IMG/VR virus record: IMGVR_UViG_3300033463_000003
Reading direction: 5' to 3' (one strand)
Length of the DNA: 64,000 nucleotides
Source of the DNA: a virus
Taxonomy: Duplodnaviria > Heunggongvirae > Uroviricota > Caudoviricetes
The notes beneath the pieces were generated by a model. That model saw only the letters and a list, made by a program, of their open reading frames with translations. It searched no databases and was not told where the DNA came from. Within the stretch, counting starts at the first letter, position 1, and each line of letters begins with the position of its first letter. Shown piece after piece: positions 13,296 to 26,639 of the stretch. The translations under genes and the position numbers were made by a program.

Positions 13296-16200
13296 ATGGG
13301 ACTATTACATTGGTGAACATTAAATAATACGTTAGAAGATAAAGTAGGTGATCTTACTTTAGTAAATTGGCATAATGCCACTTTTAGTAGTGGTAAAGTA
13401 ACAACATATTCTGGCCAAACAACTAGAGGAAGCTCTAATAACACTGAAAAGACTTTTTATCATGCAGTTGATTTTACTTCAGTTAGTACTAGTCTATCAG
13501 TAAGTTTTTGAATAAACATTAATAGCGACCTTACTTCTGGTTATTGTAGCCCATTTTTAATTGGCCCATGAAGCGCTTATGAATGGCCAACTGTTCGTTT
13601 TGGTTTAGTTTATTATTATGCGAGCAATAAATTAGTATTTGCTATTGCAGATGGTACTAACTATGCACTTGCTGATTCTTCTTCTACTAATATTACATTA
13701 AGTAGACATACATGATATCATATTACTGCAGTATATAATTATAGAAATAGCATTAGTTTATATGTTAACGGTCAAAAAGTTGCAGAAACTACTACTACTC
13801 TTGTACCTACTTTAACTGATTATTATTGTATTGGTGGTAATGCCACACAATGCTATGCTTTTAATGGATTAATTAATGATGTTCGTATTTATAATGAAGC
13901 TTTAAGTGAATTTGAAATTAAGGAACTTGCAAAAGGTCTTTGTTTACATTATACTTTTGACAGTGAAGAAAGCAATCTTTTAACCTCAGATATTACATTA
14001 GAAAATGGTGTAACTATCGACAATACAAGCCATCCATTTCCAGGGCATGGCCCAATTTATAAACTAACACAATCAGGTAATTTAAGTAATGTTTATAAAG
14101 GCATATATGAGACTGTTTCTAATGTTAAACCTGGTGATAAAATTACATTATCTTGTTGAATTTATACTGAAAATAAAGCGAGCTGTGATGCTGCACCAGA
14201 ACTAAGATGCTACCAAATTAAGTCTGGTGGGGGATCAACAAACTGGTATGGTCTTAACTGGCTAGACGATCAGATAGATGGCAAATGATGTTATTATTCT
14301 ATACAATATACCCTAGACTCAGATATGGCAACCACTATTTTTAGTGCTAATATTGTTAAAAATGGTACATATTGGATTACAGGAATTAAAGTTGAATATG
14401 GCACGACTGCTACACCATGAACTGGTTTTAAAAATATATCATCAATACCAACAAATCTTGTTTCATCGATTGAATCAAGCTTTAAACAGAATATAGTTAT
14501 AGATGGCATAAATGCTGTACATACTAATGGTAATAATACAGATACATATTTTAAAATAAATTTAAATAAACCATTGATACCAGGAAAAAAGTATTATATT
14601 AAATGTAATGTAAGTGGTTTTAATAATAATAAACAATTTTGAAGATTTGGTATTTGTGCACAAAGCTACTCAAACTTAAACAGTATTACTTTTCAAAATG
14701 GTGAATGTGAAGGTATTTTTGAGTATAAAGATTCACAATGAACTACACCAACACAAATATTATTAGATGATTATACTACATCATCTGGCCTATCAAGAGC
14801 AATATATATTTATATTACTAATATAGAAATATATGAATTACCTTATTTAATTGATGAAACAGGCTATAGAAATAATGCTTTAGTTATTGCTGAACCATTA
14901 AAAATTAAAGCAGACAATGACGTATGTTATTATGCTGCTAAATCAGATGGTGAATCAAAAGTTATAACACATAAACTACCTTTTACGAGTACTGGCTTTA
15001 CAGTTGCTATTTGAGTTAAAGATTCCTATGAAACTGCAAGTGATTGGTGGTGTGGACTTGAGTCAAGCGATAATAATATGTATGTAAACTTTGGCCCTAA
15101 TGGCACAAAAGAAGTTCAATTTGCAGTATTTAAACATACTAATGGCGACTTATATCAAACTATACAAACTCCAGACCAAGCTGACAAAAATAATTGGGTA
15201 CATTGAGTTGGCACTTTTGATGGTAGCAAAGCAAGGCTATATAAGAATGGTATAAAAGTTCAAGAAACAACAACTGTTGGAAGCTATAATGATCTTGCTG
15301 CTATAGATTGTTCATATCTCTTTGGAAGCCCAGGAAAAATGACAACAGAAGAAATTGCTGATTTTAGACTTTATACAACTAAATTTTCTGATGAAGATGT
15401 TAAAAAACTATATCAAAACTCAGCTATTATTGATAATAAATATAATTTGTATTCAAACTGTATTTGTGAAAAACCTGATAATACTTCTGAAATTAAAGTT
15501 AGAAAAAATAGTATTGAATTAAAAAATAATATTAGTGAAAACTTTTTTAGTCATGCTACTATTTTAGAATATATTGAATCAACTGGAACTCAATATATTG
15601 ACACTGGTATTACTGCAAGCTCAACCAATAAATACATATTAAAGATAAGTAAACAAACAGAGGCTGGCGGTATTTTAGGAAGTGATGACCACTGAGGTGG
15701 CTTCTTTATGTATAATCTAGCTCAAAATAGATTTTGTTTCCACCTACCAAATAAACAATTTAATATAACTGGTATAACAGATGAAATTCTTGATATCAAT
15801 TGCTCTCCTAATGGTCTAGTTATCAATGAACAAAGTGGAACAGAGGCCTCTGATAATAATTCATATGCAGGCACTTTAAAACTTTATCCAAAGTATCAAG
15901 GTGGCTATTTAAGAGGTAAGTTTAAACTATATTACTGCAAATTATATGATAATGATACTATAGTAAGAGACTTTGTTCCTTGTTATGACTTTGATTCTGA
16001 ACAAGCTGGCTTATATGATTTTATTAGTGGTGAATTTTATACTAACCAAGGAACTGGTGAATTTATTGCTGGAAATCCAAAAGTACCAGATGAATATCAA
16101 AATGTAGAATATATTGGAACTGGTGATAGCCAATATATAAATACTAATTCTTATGTTACACCAAATACAGCTTGGGAACTTACCTTTAGCTTAAATAATG

Positions 16201-16760
16201 ATGATTTTTATAAACAAATTGCTGGTATGGTAGGATCACCAACATCACAAATTACAATATATTCTACTACTGGTAGCCCTGACGCCCAAAGAGTAATTGC
16301 TGTTCAGCATCAAGATTATGATGGTCCTTTTGCATATATAAATATTGACCAAAATAAACATAGAGTGTATCTATCATCTGGCAAGCAAGCAGTTGATGAT
16401 ATTGTTGTAAATAACACAAATGTAACTGTAGCATCTACTACACCAATATTAATTGGCTGTAGATATCAGAGTGGCCCAAGCGGCGATTGTAATGCTAAAT
16501 TCTATGCCTGTAAAATTTGGGAAGATAATACTCTAATCAAATATCTTGTTCCATGTTATAGAAAGTCAGACACTAAACGTGGAATGTATGATATAATTGA
16601 AAATGTATTTTATACTAATAACAGAGGTGGTAGTAGTGTTCCTGACTTTACTTATGGTGAAGCTACTGACTATGGTGATATTCCAGAAAAAATAACAATA
16701 GATAAATTAAAGATATATAAAGATAAAACACTTAGAGTAAATAAGATAGGAGAATTCTAA
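13296..16760 (+). CDS. Multi-domain receptor-binding adhesin A (LamG/ConA-like and carbohydrate-binding-like domains), 1154 aa (code 4); largely missed by the ORF track
   Basis: One frame with 12 TGA and no TAA/TAG; SVSF[W]IN, T[W]YHITAVYN, FNGLINDVRIYNEALS, KVEYGTTATP[W]. Confidence 0.85.
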
Positions 16761-16762
16761 TT

Positions 16763-17446
16763 ATGGCACAACTTAATTCAACAACTGTTCATGGCAAACT
16801 TGTTATTACTGATGATACAAGAATAAGTGGTGATTTAACAGCAAGTGGTACACTAACAGCTAATGATAATTTACAAGTATCTGGTAATAGTACTATTACT
16901 GGCACATTAGCAGCTAATGGTGGAATGGTAGTAAAAGAAGGCACAAGTCTACTTTTACAAGATAGTAATACTCCTGGTAATGAAGCAAAACTCCTAGTTG
17001 GCAATGATGCTTATATTCATGACTGTGATATAGAATTTTGTATTGGTATTAATGGACAAGGCAATGATAATGGTAAAGGTGGTATTATTTTTGGTAATAA
17101 TACAAGCAAGGGGTATCTTAAATTTGATGGGAATTTCTTTAACTTTGGAGCATATATCCAAGCACCATCATTTACTGCCACCTCAGATGTTCGCTTAAAA
17201 GAAAATCTTATTGTGTTTAAACCAGAAAAATCAATCTTAGACTTGCCTATTTATAAATTCGATTTTATTGCTGGAACTAGAAATAATATTGGTTGCTTAG
17301 CACAAGACTTACAAGAAATCTGCCCTGAAATTGTGCATGGAGGAACTGATGGATATTTAAGTATTGAAGAAAGCAAGCTTGTATATTTACTCTTAGATGA
17401 AGTTAAAAAACTAAAGGCTGAAGTTGAAGAGCTAAAAAATAAATAA
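16763..17446 (+). CDS. Fibre protein with C-terminal intramolecular chaperone (peptidase S74-like)
   Basis: TSDVRLKENL...IGCLAQDLQEICPEIV plus coiled-coil tail. Confidence 0.8.
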   Translation: MAQLNSTTVHGKLVITDDTRISGDLTASGTLTANDNLQVSGNSTITGTLAANGGMVVKEGTSLLLQDSNTPGNEAKLLVGNDAYIHDCDIEFCIGINGQGNDNGKGGIIFGNNTSKGYLKFDGNFFNFGAYIQAPSFTATSDVRLKENLIVFKPEKSILDLPIYKFDFIAGTRNNIGCLAQDLQEICPEIVHGGTDGYLSIEESKLVYLLLDEVKKLKAEVEELKNK

Positions 17447-17456
17447 AGATACTATT

Positions 17457-17495
17457 AAAACCGTTTAAAAAATTAGCTAGACGGTTTTTATTTTA
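17457..17495 (+). terminator. Intrinsic terminator ending fibre cassette A
   Basis: aaaaccgt...acggtttt stem followed by T-tract. Confidence 0.6.
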
Positions 17496-17506
17496 CTCTA
17501 CTTATC

Positions 17507-17517
17507 TGCTAAATTAT
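17507..17517 (+). promoter_or_regulatory. Putative late promoter TGCTAAATTAT (cassette B)
   Basis: Exact motif between a terminator and the fibre B gene. Confidence 0.7.
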
Positions 17518-17584
17518 ATGAGTTTTGAAATTTATTTTTTCTTAACTGGCTACAAAAATATACTAAAAAAGGAGTTTATTATAT

Positions 17585-19762
17585 ATGGCTATTTCCTATG
17601 ATAATATAAAAACTGGCGTCTATGCAATTAATAGTAATAATATTTCTGTTTTTCCATGTGCTTACAGAGGCGCTAATATTAACAACAATAATCCATTTGA
17701 CCCAGAAGCAAAATTAAATACAGAAAGAAACTTAATTAATCTAGCTGCTCCAAAAACAAACTCCAAATATATTGAAAGCTGGAAAGATAATAAACTTCAA
17801 TTTGTTTTAGGTGGCTATCATTTTATTGTTGATTCAGAGGGTGGTTCTTTAGGCCCAAGTGGTACAACAATAAGATATGTTGCTATTAGATTAACTCCTG
17901 TTACTTTAATTGGCACTAAAACTACCCCTATCCTTGCAAATATTAAAAGTTTAGCTACATGTGAAAGTAATACTAATACTGCTTATACATATGTTCTTGA
18001 TGAAGTAAACAATGATATTTACTATTTCTACGGTTTATATTTCTTAACAAATGAGCCAACACAAGAAGATAGATATTATGACTATCTTGAATTACCAGCA
18101 AGTATGAGCTCTTGGGAAAGTCATGCAAGTAGATTTGGAATTAAATATAAAGATGTTCAAAGTAAAAAATCTGTTTGTTCTATTACTGGTGATTTAATCC
18201 AAGGCAGTGAGGCCCATTCTATTGTTAGTATTTATGGTGATACTGATTCAGATATTAACGTAAATACTGCTACTGGAAAAAATTCAGTAGCATTTGGTGT
18301 TAATACTACAGCTGGAGCAACTGGTGCATTTGCAGAGGGTAAAAATACAAATGCTAGTACTGACTATACACATGCTGAGGGTGGTTATACTTTAGTTGGT
18401 TCAGATTGAGGCCATGCTGAAGGTTTTAATACCTCAATTACAAAGCTTTCAACATCAGTTGATTATCCACATGCAGCACATACCGAAGGCCTTAATACTA
18501 AAGCACATGGTATTGGTGCACACGCTGAAGGCGGTACTGATGATGTTCCTGATAATTTACAGCCAGATGAAAATGCAGAGTTTACTATTGCTGAAGGTAA
18601 CTATTCACATGCAGAAGGCACTAAAACATATGCTAGTAATACTGCTGCACATAGTGAAGGTGATTCTACAACTGCTTCTGGCGAAGCTAGCCATGCTGAA
18701 GGTTATAGTACTAATGCTGAGGGCCCAGGATCACATGCAGAAGGCGGAAATACAATTGCCTCAAATTCATATACACATGCCGAAGGAAATAATACAGCTG
18801 CTTCTGGCTTATACTCACACGCTGAAGGTTTTTGTGATAATGCAGCTATTAAAATAGAAGGCCAAGCACAAGGACAAGCATCCCACACAGAAGGATATAA
18901 TAATAGAGCTTATGGTAACTATGCTCATGCTGAAGGTAGCTATAACAAAGCTTATACTTATGCTAGCCATGCTGAAGGTGAATCTACAATAGCCGGTGCA
19001 AGTGCAAATGATAGCAATAGCAGATATGCTCATGCAGAAGGCTTCCATACAAAAGCTATGGGACAAGCAGCTCATGCAGAGGGTGGTGATGCTACTGCTG
19101 GATCTGGACAAACACAAAATTATACAATAGCAGCTGGTGCTTACTCACATGCTGAAGGTAATAATACAAAAGCAGATGGTACTGGTACACATGCTGAAGG
19201 GCAAAATACATTAGCAGAAGGTAATGCAGCTCACAGTGAAGGTTACACAACAATTGCTGGCTATATTAATAATGGTACACATTATGGCAACTATTCACAT
19301 GCTGAAGGCTATTATACTAAGGCTCTTGGTGATGGGGCACATGCTGAAGGCGAAGGTAATGGCACTAATAAAGGAATTGCTTCTGGTAGAGCTTCTCATA
19401 GTGAAGGTTATCAAACTTTAGCATCAGGAGCTTACTCACATGCAGAAGGAAATCAAACTATAGCACAAGGTGTTTCAACCCATGTTTTTGGTGAATTTAA
19501 TATAGCTGATGAAACTGGCGGCCGTCCAAGGGGTAATAATTATAGTAGTTATGTTGAAGTTGTCGGTAATGGAACTGCTAGTAATGCTAAGAAAAATGCT
19601 AGAACTCTTGACTGGGATGGAAATGAAATATTAGCAAATAACTTAATGGTCAAAAATCAAGTAAAATTTCATAATAAAACATTTGATTCTTATAATATGA
19701 CTCCTGAAGCTACTATAGAATATGATGCAACACGACAAGTAATAAAATTTAAATTCAATTAA
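17585..19762 (+). CDS. Tail fibre proximal protein B with YadA/Hep_Hag-like (S/A)HAEG repeats, 725 aa (code 4)
   Basis: TGA 18407 in [W]GHAEG; many AxGxxSHAEG repeats; joins ORFs 17585 and 19058. Confidence 0.85.
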
Positions 19763-19791
19763 TTATATATAAAAAGGAAAGGTAATTTTTA

Positions 19792-22700
19792 ATGAGTCTA
19801 CAAATTTGGCTTCCATTAAATAATGATATAAAAAATTATGGCACAGACCATAATGTTGTTTTTAGCAATAGAGTTGAAGCAACATCTATTTCTGGTGGTA
19901 AAGTAACTAAAAACTGCTACTATTTTACTCCTGAGGGGCATGACCGTGGTACTGACTATGGCCTATATACTACAAACTCTGGTTCTTTAGCCACATATTT
20001 TAATGATCACTCATGGACAATGGCTTTTTGAATTAAAACAGGTGTTAGTATACAAAGTGATGTTTTTTGTATTAGTGGTCCAGACTCAGAAAAAAACTAT
20101 GAAACAAGATGCTATATTGCTGGCGAAGCTGATGTTGGTAGATTTGTTTTTGAAGTTAAAGATGGAAACACATATAGGTACCCTAGCACAGATGATATAG
20201 CAGTTAATGACAGTAATTGGCACCATATTACTATTGCATATGACTATAATAAAAATAAATTTTATTGCTACTGTGATGGAGTTTTAAAAACGGCTCCTCA
20301 ACTTACTAATGGTACATTTAATAAAAATATTACTGGCATAAGCATTGGTAGAAATTATGCTGGTAATATATGGTTTGATGGTTTCATTAATGATTTCAGA
20401 ATTTATGACCATGCTTTGTCATCAGAAGAAGTACTAGAATTATCACAAGGTTTGGTTGCTCATTATTCTTTTAACTGGGAAGAGTTTTATCAACCAATTG
20501 AATATATTGAAAGTACTGGTACTCAATATATTGATACTGATATTAAATTTAATACAGGAAATACTTATGAATTAAGATCAAAAATAGAGTTTGATAATGT
20601 CACTGAACCAAACCAAATTATTGGCTATGATGGTCACGCTGGAAATGGTATTGGAACATCCACTAACACTTGATGGTTAGATAATGCTGCTAGTGTTTCT
20701 TGTAGTACCAATACTATTTATGATATAATTTGGACTCGTAGTGATACTAGCTGAACAAGAACAATAAATGGAACAAGCTATTCTGGAAGTGCTCAAATTG
20801 GCTCACAAACATATAATATCCCAATTTATTTATTTGCAACACGTAAACCAGATGCAACACCAGCATATAGTATTGGCTATTGGTGCTATATGAAAATGTA
20901 TTATTGCAAACTTTATGAAAATAATACTATTGTTCGTGATTTTATTCCTGTAATAAGAAAAATAGACCACAAACCAGGACTTTTTGACTTAGTAGAAAAT
21001 AAATTCTATGGCAATGATGGTACTGGTGAATTTAAATACCCAAATTCTAATGCTGAATATGAATTTTTAGAATATATTGAATCAGGTGACCACCAATATA
21101 TAGATACTGGCTGGATACCTAATTTTGATGTTAGTTGAAAAGTTGAAGCAGTTGTAAGCATTCCAGATAATAGATATAGATATTGTATTGTATCAAATGC
21201 TAATGCACAGACTGCTACTGCTAATGAAAAAGAAGTCAGCCTAGAAATTAATGATGCTAATAATAGTTCTGAACCAAATGTAATTTGTGATGGCCGCCCA
21301 AGATTCTACATAAATGGTGGTGATACTCAAGGATATGGTATTGCTCTGGTTCCACCAGGTGGCTCGTCAACAATAACTAACAATAAAAAAGCTAATGTTG
21401 AGTACTCATATAACGCATCTACACATGATTGCTATGTAAGTTACCGTAATCTTGATGGAAGTGGTGAAAGTTCAAATAGTGTATCTAAAACATTTTCTGG
21501 GCAGTCACAATCTAGCACAATGCTTTTATTCATAGATAGAAAAAAACGTTATGATGTTTTTAATCATTCTCTTAGAATATATAGCTGTAAAATAACAGAA
21601 AACGGTAAAGTAGTTAGAGACTATGTTCCAGCAAGAAGAAAATCAGATGATAAAACTGGAATGTTTGATATGGTACATAGTGAATTTGCTAATTCAACTA
21701 GTGGTTTTACTACGCCTACTGATTACACTACACCGACTGACTATAAGTTTATTGACTATATTGAAACAAGTGGTACACAATATATTGATACCGGTTTTAA
21801 TCCATATAATAAAAACACTACTGTTGAATTAGATGCCCAAGTATTAAATGTTACTAGCTCACAAAATTTATATCAATTTTTTGGTTGTTTTGACCAAATT
21901 GTTCGTTTCCATATTGGCCTTTATAATAATGGAGCTGGTTTCCACCCAGGCATAGGAAGTGCATATGATACTAATGCTTATAACTATGATACTGACAGAC
22001 ATAAATTTAGTCTAATTAGTAACAGTGAAGAAAGAGCATTTTATGTAGATGGCATTTCAAAATGAACAACAACCAATACTGCTACACTACCAAATCTAAA
22101 TGTGTATATTGGCGCTGGTAATTGAAGCGGAACTGCAACAAGTGATACTCACTGAGGCTATACAGGCAGTTCTAGAATTTATGGCTGTAAAATTTGGAAT
22201 GATACTTCATTAGCTCATAATTTTATTCCAGCAATTAGGCTTAATGATAATAAACCTGGATTATATGATTTAGTTAGTAATAGCTTTAAACCAAACCTAG
22301 GTGATGGTGAATTTGATTCACCAGCTTTATATCACCCAGTAGATTATATTGCTTCAACTGGAACACAATATATTGATACTGGATATGCTTATAATAATAG
22401 TAATGATAATGCTAGAATTGTTGTTGATTGGTCTGCTATTGACCTATCAAATGGAAATTACTTTGAATATCGTGTTGGTGGAGCTCAAAGTGACAGTCGT
22501 TCAATGGTTTTATATGGTACACCATCAACATCAACAGAATTAAGATTAGGTGTTGGATCAGATGTTGGTAGTACTTCAGGTGATATTGCACTTAAAGATG
22601 CCAACAACAATGACATTAAAATACTTAAAGGCACAAGATATTTAATTGATGTTACAGCAAAAAATAAAAATATTGGTGGAACATTAAATGGAAGTACAAT

Positions 22701-24915
22701 TAGCGGCACATATCCTGGAACTGTTGGTAGCACAGCAAATTATTATATATTTGCTAATAATGAAAATGGCACTGTTGGATATAATGGTAGAGTAAAAATT
22801 TATAAATATCAATTATATGATAATGGCACTTTAGTAAGAGACTTTATTCCTGTAGTTAGAATATATGATAATAAGCCCGGCCTTTGGGAAAAAGTAGAAG
22901 GTAAATTTTATACTAACCAAGGAACAGGGGAATTTATTTGGAGTAGCTCTATTGATAGTCATGGTACAACTAGTAATGGTACATTATATGTAGATAGACA
23001 AAAGTTAACTGCTAGCTATCTTGGCTATGGAAACTGGCGCTCTGGGCTTGCTTGTAGAAATAAATATAGTAAATGCTCTACTGGTTTTACTGTCTATGAT
23101 ACTGTTAGTCATGTTATGGCCAACTTATGTACATCAAATAATTTTAGTGATAATAATAATGAGCTTTGAAAGTCTGGTTATGGAATTTATGCTGGTGGCA
23201 GCTCTCAGTGGATATATTATGCTGATTTTGGTGAGTGTCAGACAATAAATGATAGCAATAATAACCCAATTTCATATCAAGCTGGTGATAGACTTAAAAT
23301 TATACTAAATAATAACAAAGTCTATTACTACAAAAATGATCAAATAATACGTACAGTAAATAATACACATGGAGATCTTTATCCTGTGCTTTTATGCACC
23401 ACTGATGCTATAAATAATTACTTAGATATTGCTTTAACAACACTTCCAAGCCCAGTAGATGTAATAAAACCAATAAAAGATAATAGTGGCTATAATAATG
23501 ATATATCTGCATTTACCCCAGATTTAACAACAAGTAATGATACAGCTTTAGGAAATCAAAGCTTAGTATTTGATGAAACGAACTACCTTAAAAGTAGCTT
23601 AGATAGCTCATTTATTAAAGATAAGCTTACAACAAATATTTTAGTTTATAAAAATGATTGAAGCAATAATGTTAGTGAACAAATTATAGCTTGCTCAAAA
23701 GATAATACAATTGGAGCAACCTATAATGGTTGAAGCTTTGCTATTGGTTCCAATTCAGCAAGTGAAACAGGAACTGGCACATATTTAAAATTTGTAGTTG
23801 ATGCAGGAGCTGCTCATGCACAAGCAGCAAAACTAGACATATCTAGCTTAACATCAGGCTGGCATATGTTTACAGGAACATATGATTCTTTTATGGGCAC
23901 AGGCAACACAACAGGAAATTCATATGTTAAATTATATATTGATGGAAATCTTGCCGATACCGATATAATATCAAGTGCTCCAGCAATGCCAATTAACTAT
24001 GTTTCATCACATAATGTAACTATTGGTGCTAGATATAATAGAACTAATTATACAGTTACTGATTACTTTAATGGAAAAATTGCAGATGTTAAAATTTGGG
24101 CAACAACTTTATCAGCAGAAGATATTAAAGACCTATATGAAACAAAAGCAAAGATATATAATAACAATATTTTTGCTGCTAATAATATAAAAGCTATTGA
24201 CCAAGAGGCTATTAAAACATTTGTACCTGAACGTATAGCTGGTCATGGTAGTGGTGTAGTACTTAGTAAGCTTGGTGAAAACTGATATGAAGTGCTTAAA
24301 CCTGCTAACCTTAAATTTGGTGGCATTCAAATTCCTTGAAGATACCCTGATAGAGATGACGGAACACCTATTAACTTTACTGCTGGCCATTATTATAAGC
24401 TAAGTTTTGAAACATTACAAAGCTATAGCAGCGATTACTCAGAGATATGTAAATATATTCGTGGACACTCTAATGGTTTTACTACTATTGGAATTTATAT
24501 TGATGGACAAAAAGCTATAAATGATCTTTGGCATGTTACTAATAACTTAAACCCAACAGGTATTAATTTAAAACTTGAACGTTTATATGCAAGATGGAAA
24601 CACTATGATGTATACTTATTATATAATGCTAATTCGCCGGATGGTAATAATGGTCTATATATTCAACCAGAAAGAGGTAATACAGAAGCTCCTGCAAGTA
24701 ATACCCAGTATAGAAATATAGAACTTACTGACTATGGAACTACTGAGCCAATATTTAAAGAGTCAGAAGTAGCAACAATAACTTCTGAGCTTAAAGTAGA
24801 TAATGTTGCTTCACTACAATGAATTCAAACAACTACAGAAGGTTCACCAAATAAAAATTCAGTATATGTTGGTAAGAATAGAACATTAGTAGCCGCAGAT
24901 ATAAAAGAAATATAA
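19792..24915 (+). CDS. Multi-domain receptor-binding adhesin B (LamG domains plus four EYIxSxGxQYIDT repeats), 1707 aa (code 4)
   Basis: Track fragments 19792, 20416, 20890, 21520, 22504, 23386, 23866 are all in one frame and end at TGA; final TAA 24913; paralogous termini to adhesin A. Confidence 0.8.
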
Positions 24916-24927
24916 ACTAAGCTGACG

Positions 24928-25290
24928 ACTATATATAAAGAAAGCTGGGAACAAAAAAATTCCTGGCTTTTTATTTTATTCACTTTCCTCCCACTAACTA
25001 TATATAAAAAGAAGAGAAAAGTATTTGTTAGTTAATATATATAATGGAGCTATATAAAGGAAAGAGTATATATTAAAAAAAGAAAGAGTAATTAGATATA
25101 TAGTAATTATAAGTAAAGAAAGCATACTATATATAAGAGGGGAAGAGGTGAACTTATATATAGGAAACACAGGGGAAGCTATATATAAGAAGAATAAGGG
25201 AAAAATGACTTACAGAATAGAGCTTAAAATGCTATATAGGAAGAATAGGCAAAAGCAGGAAAAAAGGCCTACTTACTATATATAAGTAAG
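24928..25290. repeat. Degenerate CTATATATAAG repeat array in a purine-skewed tract
   Basis: About 11 TATATA-core units separated by A/G-rich linkers. Confidence 0.65.
24942..24975 (+). terminator. Intrinsic terminator after adhesin B
   Basis: aaagctgggaa...ttcctggcttt plus T-tract. Confidence 0.6.
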
Positions 25291-25764
25291 TAGAGGCTAG
25301 GGTGGCTTTTTTGGCGAAGTTACAGATTTTTTCGTTTTTGTTTTTTGGAATATTAGCTAAAATAAATGAAGGATGTAAAAAGTCAGTGGCGGAGCTATAC
25401 CCTCTTTAAGCCTTCAACACCTAGTATATGCTCGTTAAAGCTGCTGTTCACATATCACCATTACCTTGCTTTAGGGCTGGGTAATTTTTTTTATAAGCTG
25501 AATTTTTTTATAATAAGCCAGGAAGGAAAGCTAAACCCACTAAGCTTTTGTTCACTAGAGCCTGGGCCAGAAAAGTTTTTGTCCTTAGAGTCCCAAGAAA
25601 AATTCTACAAGCTTAGGACAATTAGCTGCTGGCCCACCACTCGCTTCTATATATATATGTATTCTATCTATATGCATTATCCTATATATACTTACTACTA
25701 CTAAAAATATATTCAACTTATTTTTTTATATAGTCTCGGGAAGAAAAACTATTTGACCTTCTTC

Positions 25765-25775
25765 TGCTAAATTAT
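25765..25775 (+). promoter_or_regulatory. Putative late promoter TGCTAAATTAT
   Basis: Exact motif upstream of the 25858 and 26271 genes. Confidence 0.6.
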
Positions 25776-25857
25776 ACGAGGCCCAGGGATAAAAAGCTAG
25801 ACACAACATCTTACGGCCAGGTCTAGGAGAGATAGCTTTTTTGTCCAGTGAGCTCCA

Positions 25858-26256
25858 GTGAAAATTTTTGGTATGAAGATGAATTTAACAGAAAAGATCG
25901 AAGGTACTTGTGATAACGGTATGACTTTAACACTAAGCGATTCGGACTTCCACACGGCCGATGCAGCTTTTGTGTATGACCATATGAACGATGCTAAGAC
26001 CATACTGAGTAATACAATGTCAGACCTATCACCGGAAAACATGGTAGAAAAATTTAAACTCATTATTATAACTACACTCTTCTTGGTTTGCTTTAAGGCG
26101 CCGGAAAATACGATCAAAGCTTTCAAGGGCCTTATTGAACTTTTTAGAGTACCAGAAAAAGAATTAAAAGAAATTATCCATGAAGTATTAGAGGACAGGG
26201 AAATTCTTACTAGCTTAAATAGATGTGTCCGCGAAGTACTCAACGTTAAAAAATAG
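25858..26256 (+). CDS. Hypothetical protein (start uncertain)
   Basis: 132-codon ORF abutting the RBS of the next gene; no clear SD. Confidence 0.5.
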   Translation: MKIFGMKMNLTEKIEGTCDNGMTLTLSDSDFHTADAAFVYDHMNDAKTILSNTMSDLSPENMVEKFKLIIITTLFLVCFKAPENTIKAFKGLIELFRVPEKELKEIIHEVLEDREILTSLNRCVREVLNVKK

Positions 26257-26270
26257 AAAGGGAGTAAACT

Positions 26271-26639
26271 ATGGCAGTATTAAATTCAACATTAGTAAAT
26301 GGTAATCTTAATGTAACAGGAACAGTATCAGCTTCAGGCTATACAACAACCTCTGATAAAAGATTAAAAGAAAACATCAAAGAGTTCAAACCAGAAGCAA
26401 CTATTTTAAACTTACCTATTTACATCTATGACTATAAAGAGGGACTAAAAGCTCAAGTAGGCTGCCTCGCCCAGGATTTACAAGAGTTATTCCCAGAGCT
26501 TGTAGTGGAAAATGAAAATGGATTCCTTAGTATTCAAGAGTCTAAGTTAGTATATCCACTATTATTAGAGCTTAAACGCCAACAAGAGGAAATCGAAGCC
26601 TTAAAAACTGAAATTTCGAGCCTAAAAAGCCAAATTTAG
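26271..26639 (+). CDS. Minimal fibre/chaperone protein (peptidase S74-like), paralog of 16763
   Basis: MAVLNSTLVNGNL vs MAQLNSTTVHGKL; TSDKRLKENI..VGCLAQDLQELFPELV. Confidence 0.8.
   Translation: MAVLNSTLVNGNLNVTGTVSASGYTTTSDKRLKENIKEFKPEATILNLPIYIYDYKEGLKAQVGCLAQDLQELFPELVVENENGFLSIQESKLVYPLLLELKRQQEEIEALKTEISSLKSQI

Noticed and set aside
15560-22940. Diversity-generating retroelement TR/VR pair among adhesin repeats
   Set aside because: Repeats are diverged protein-level domains, not near-identical DNA differing at adenines; no reverse transcriptase in the window
13296-24915. Fragmented tail genes as pseudogenes of a decaying prophage
   Set aside because: All breaks I traced are in-frame TGA, with no frameshifts or TAA/TAG, and several sit at conserved Trp positions
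25366-25704. 112-aa ORF in the track
   Set aside because: No SD, atypical composition, lies in repeat-rich non-coding DNA
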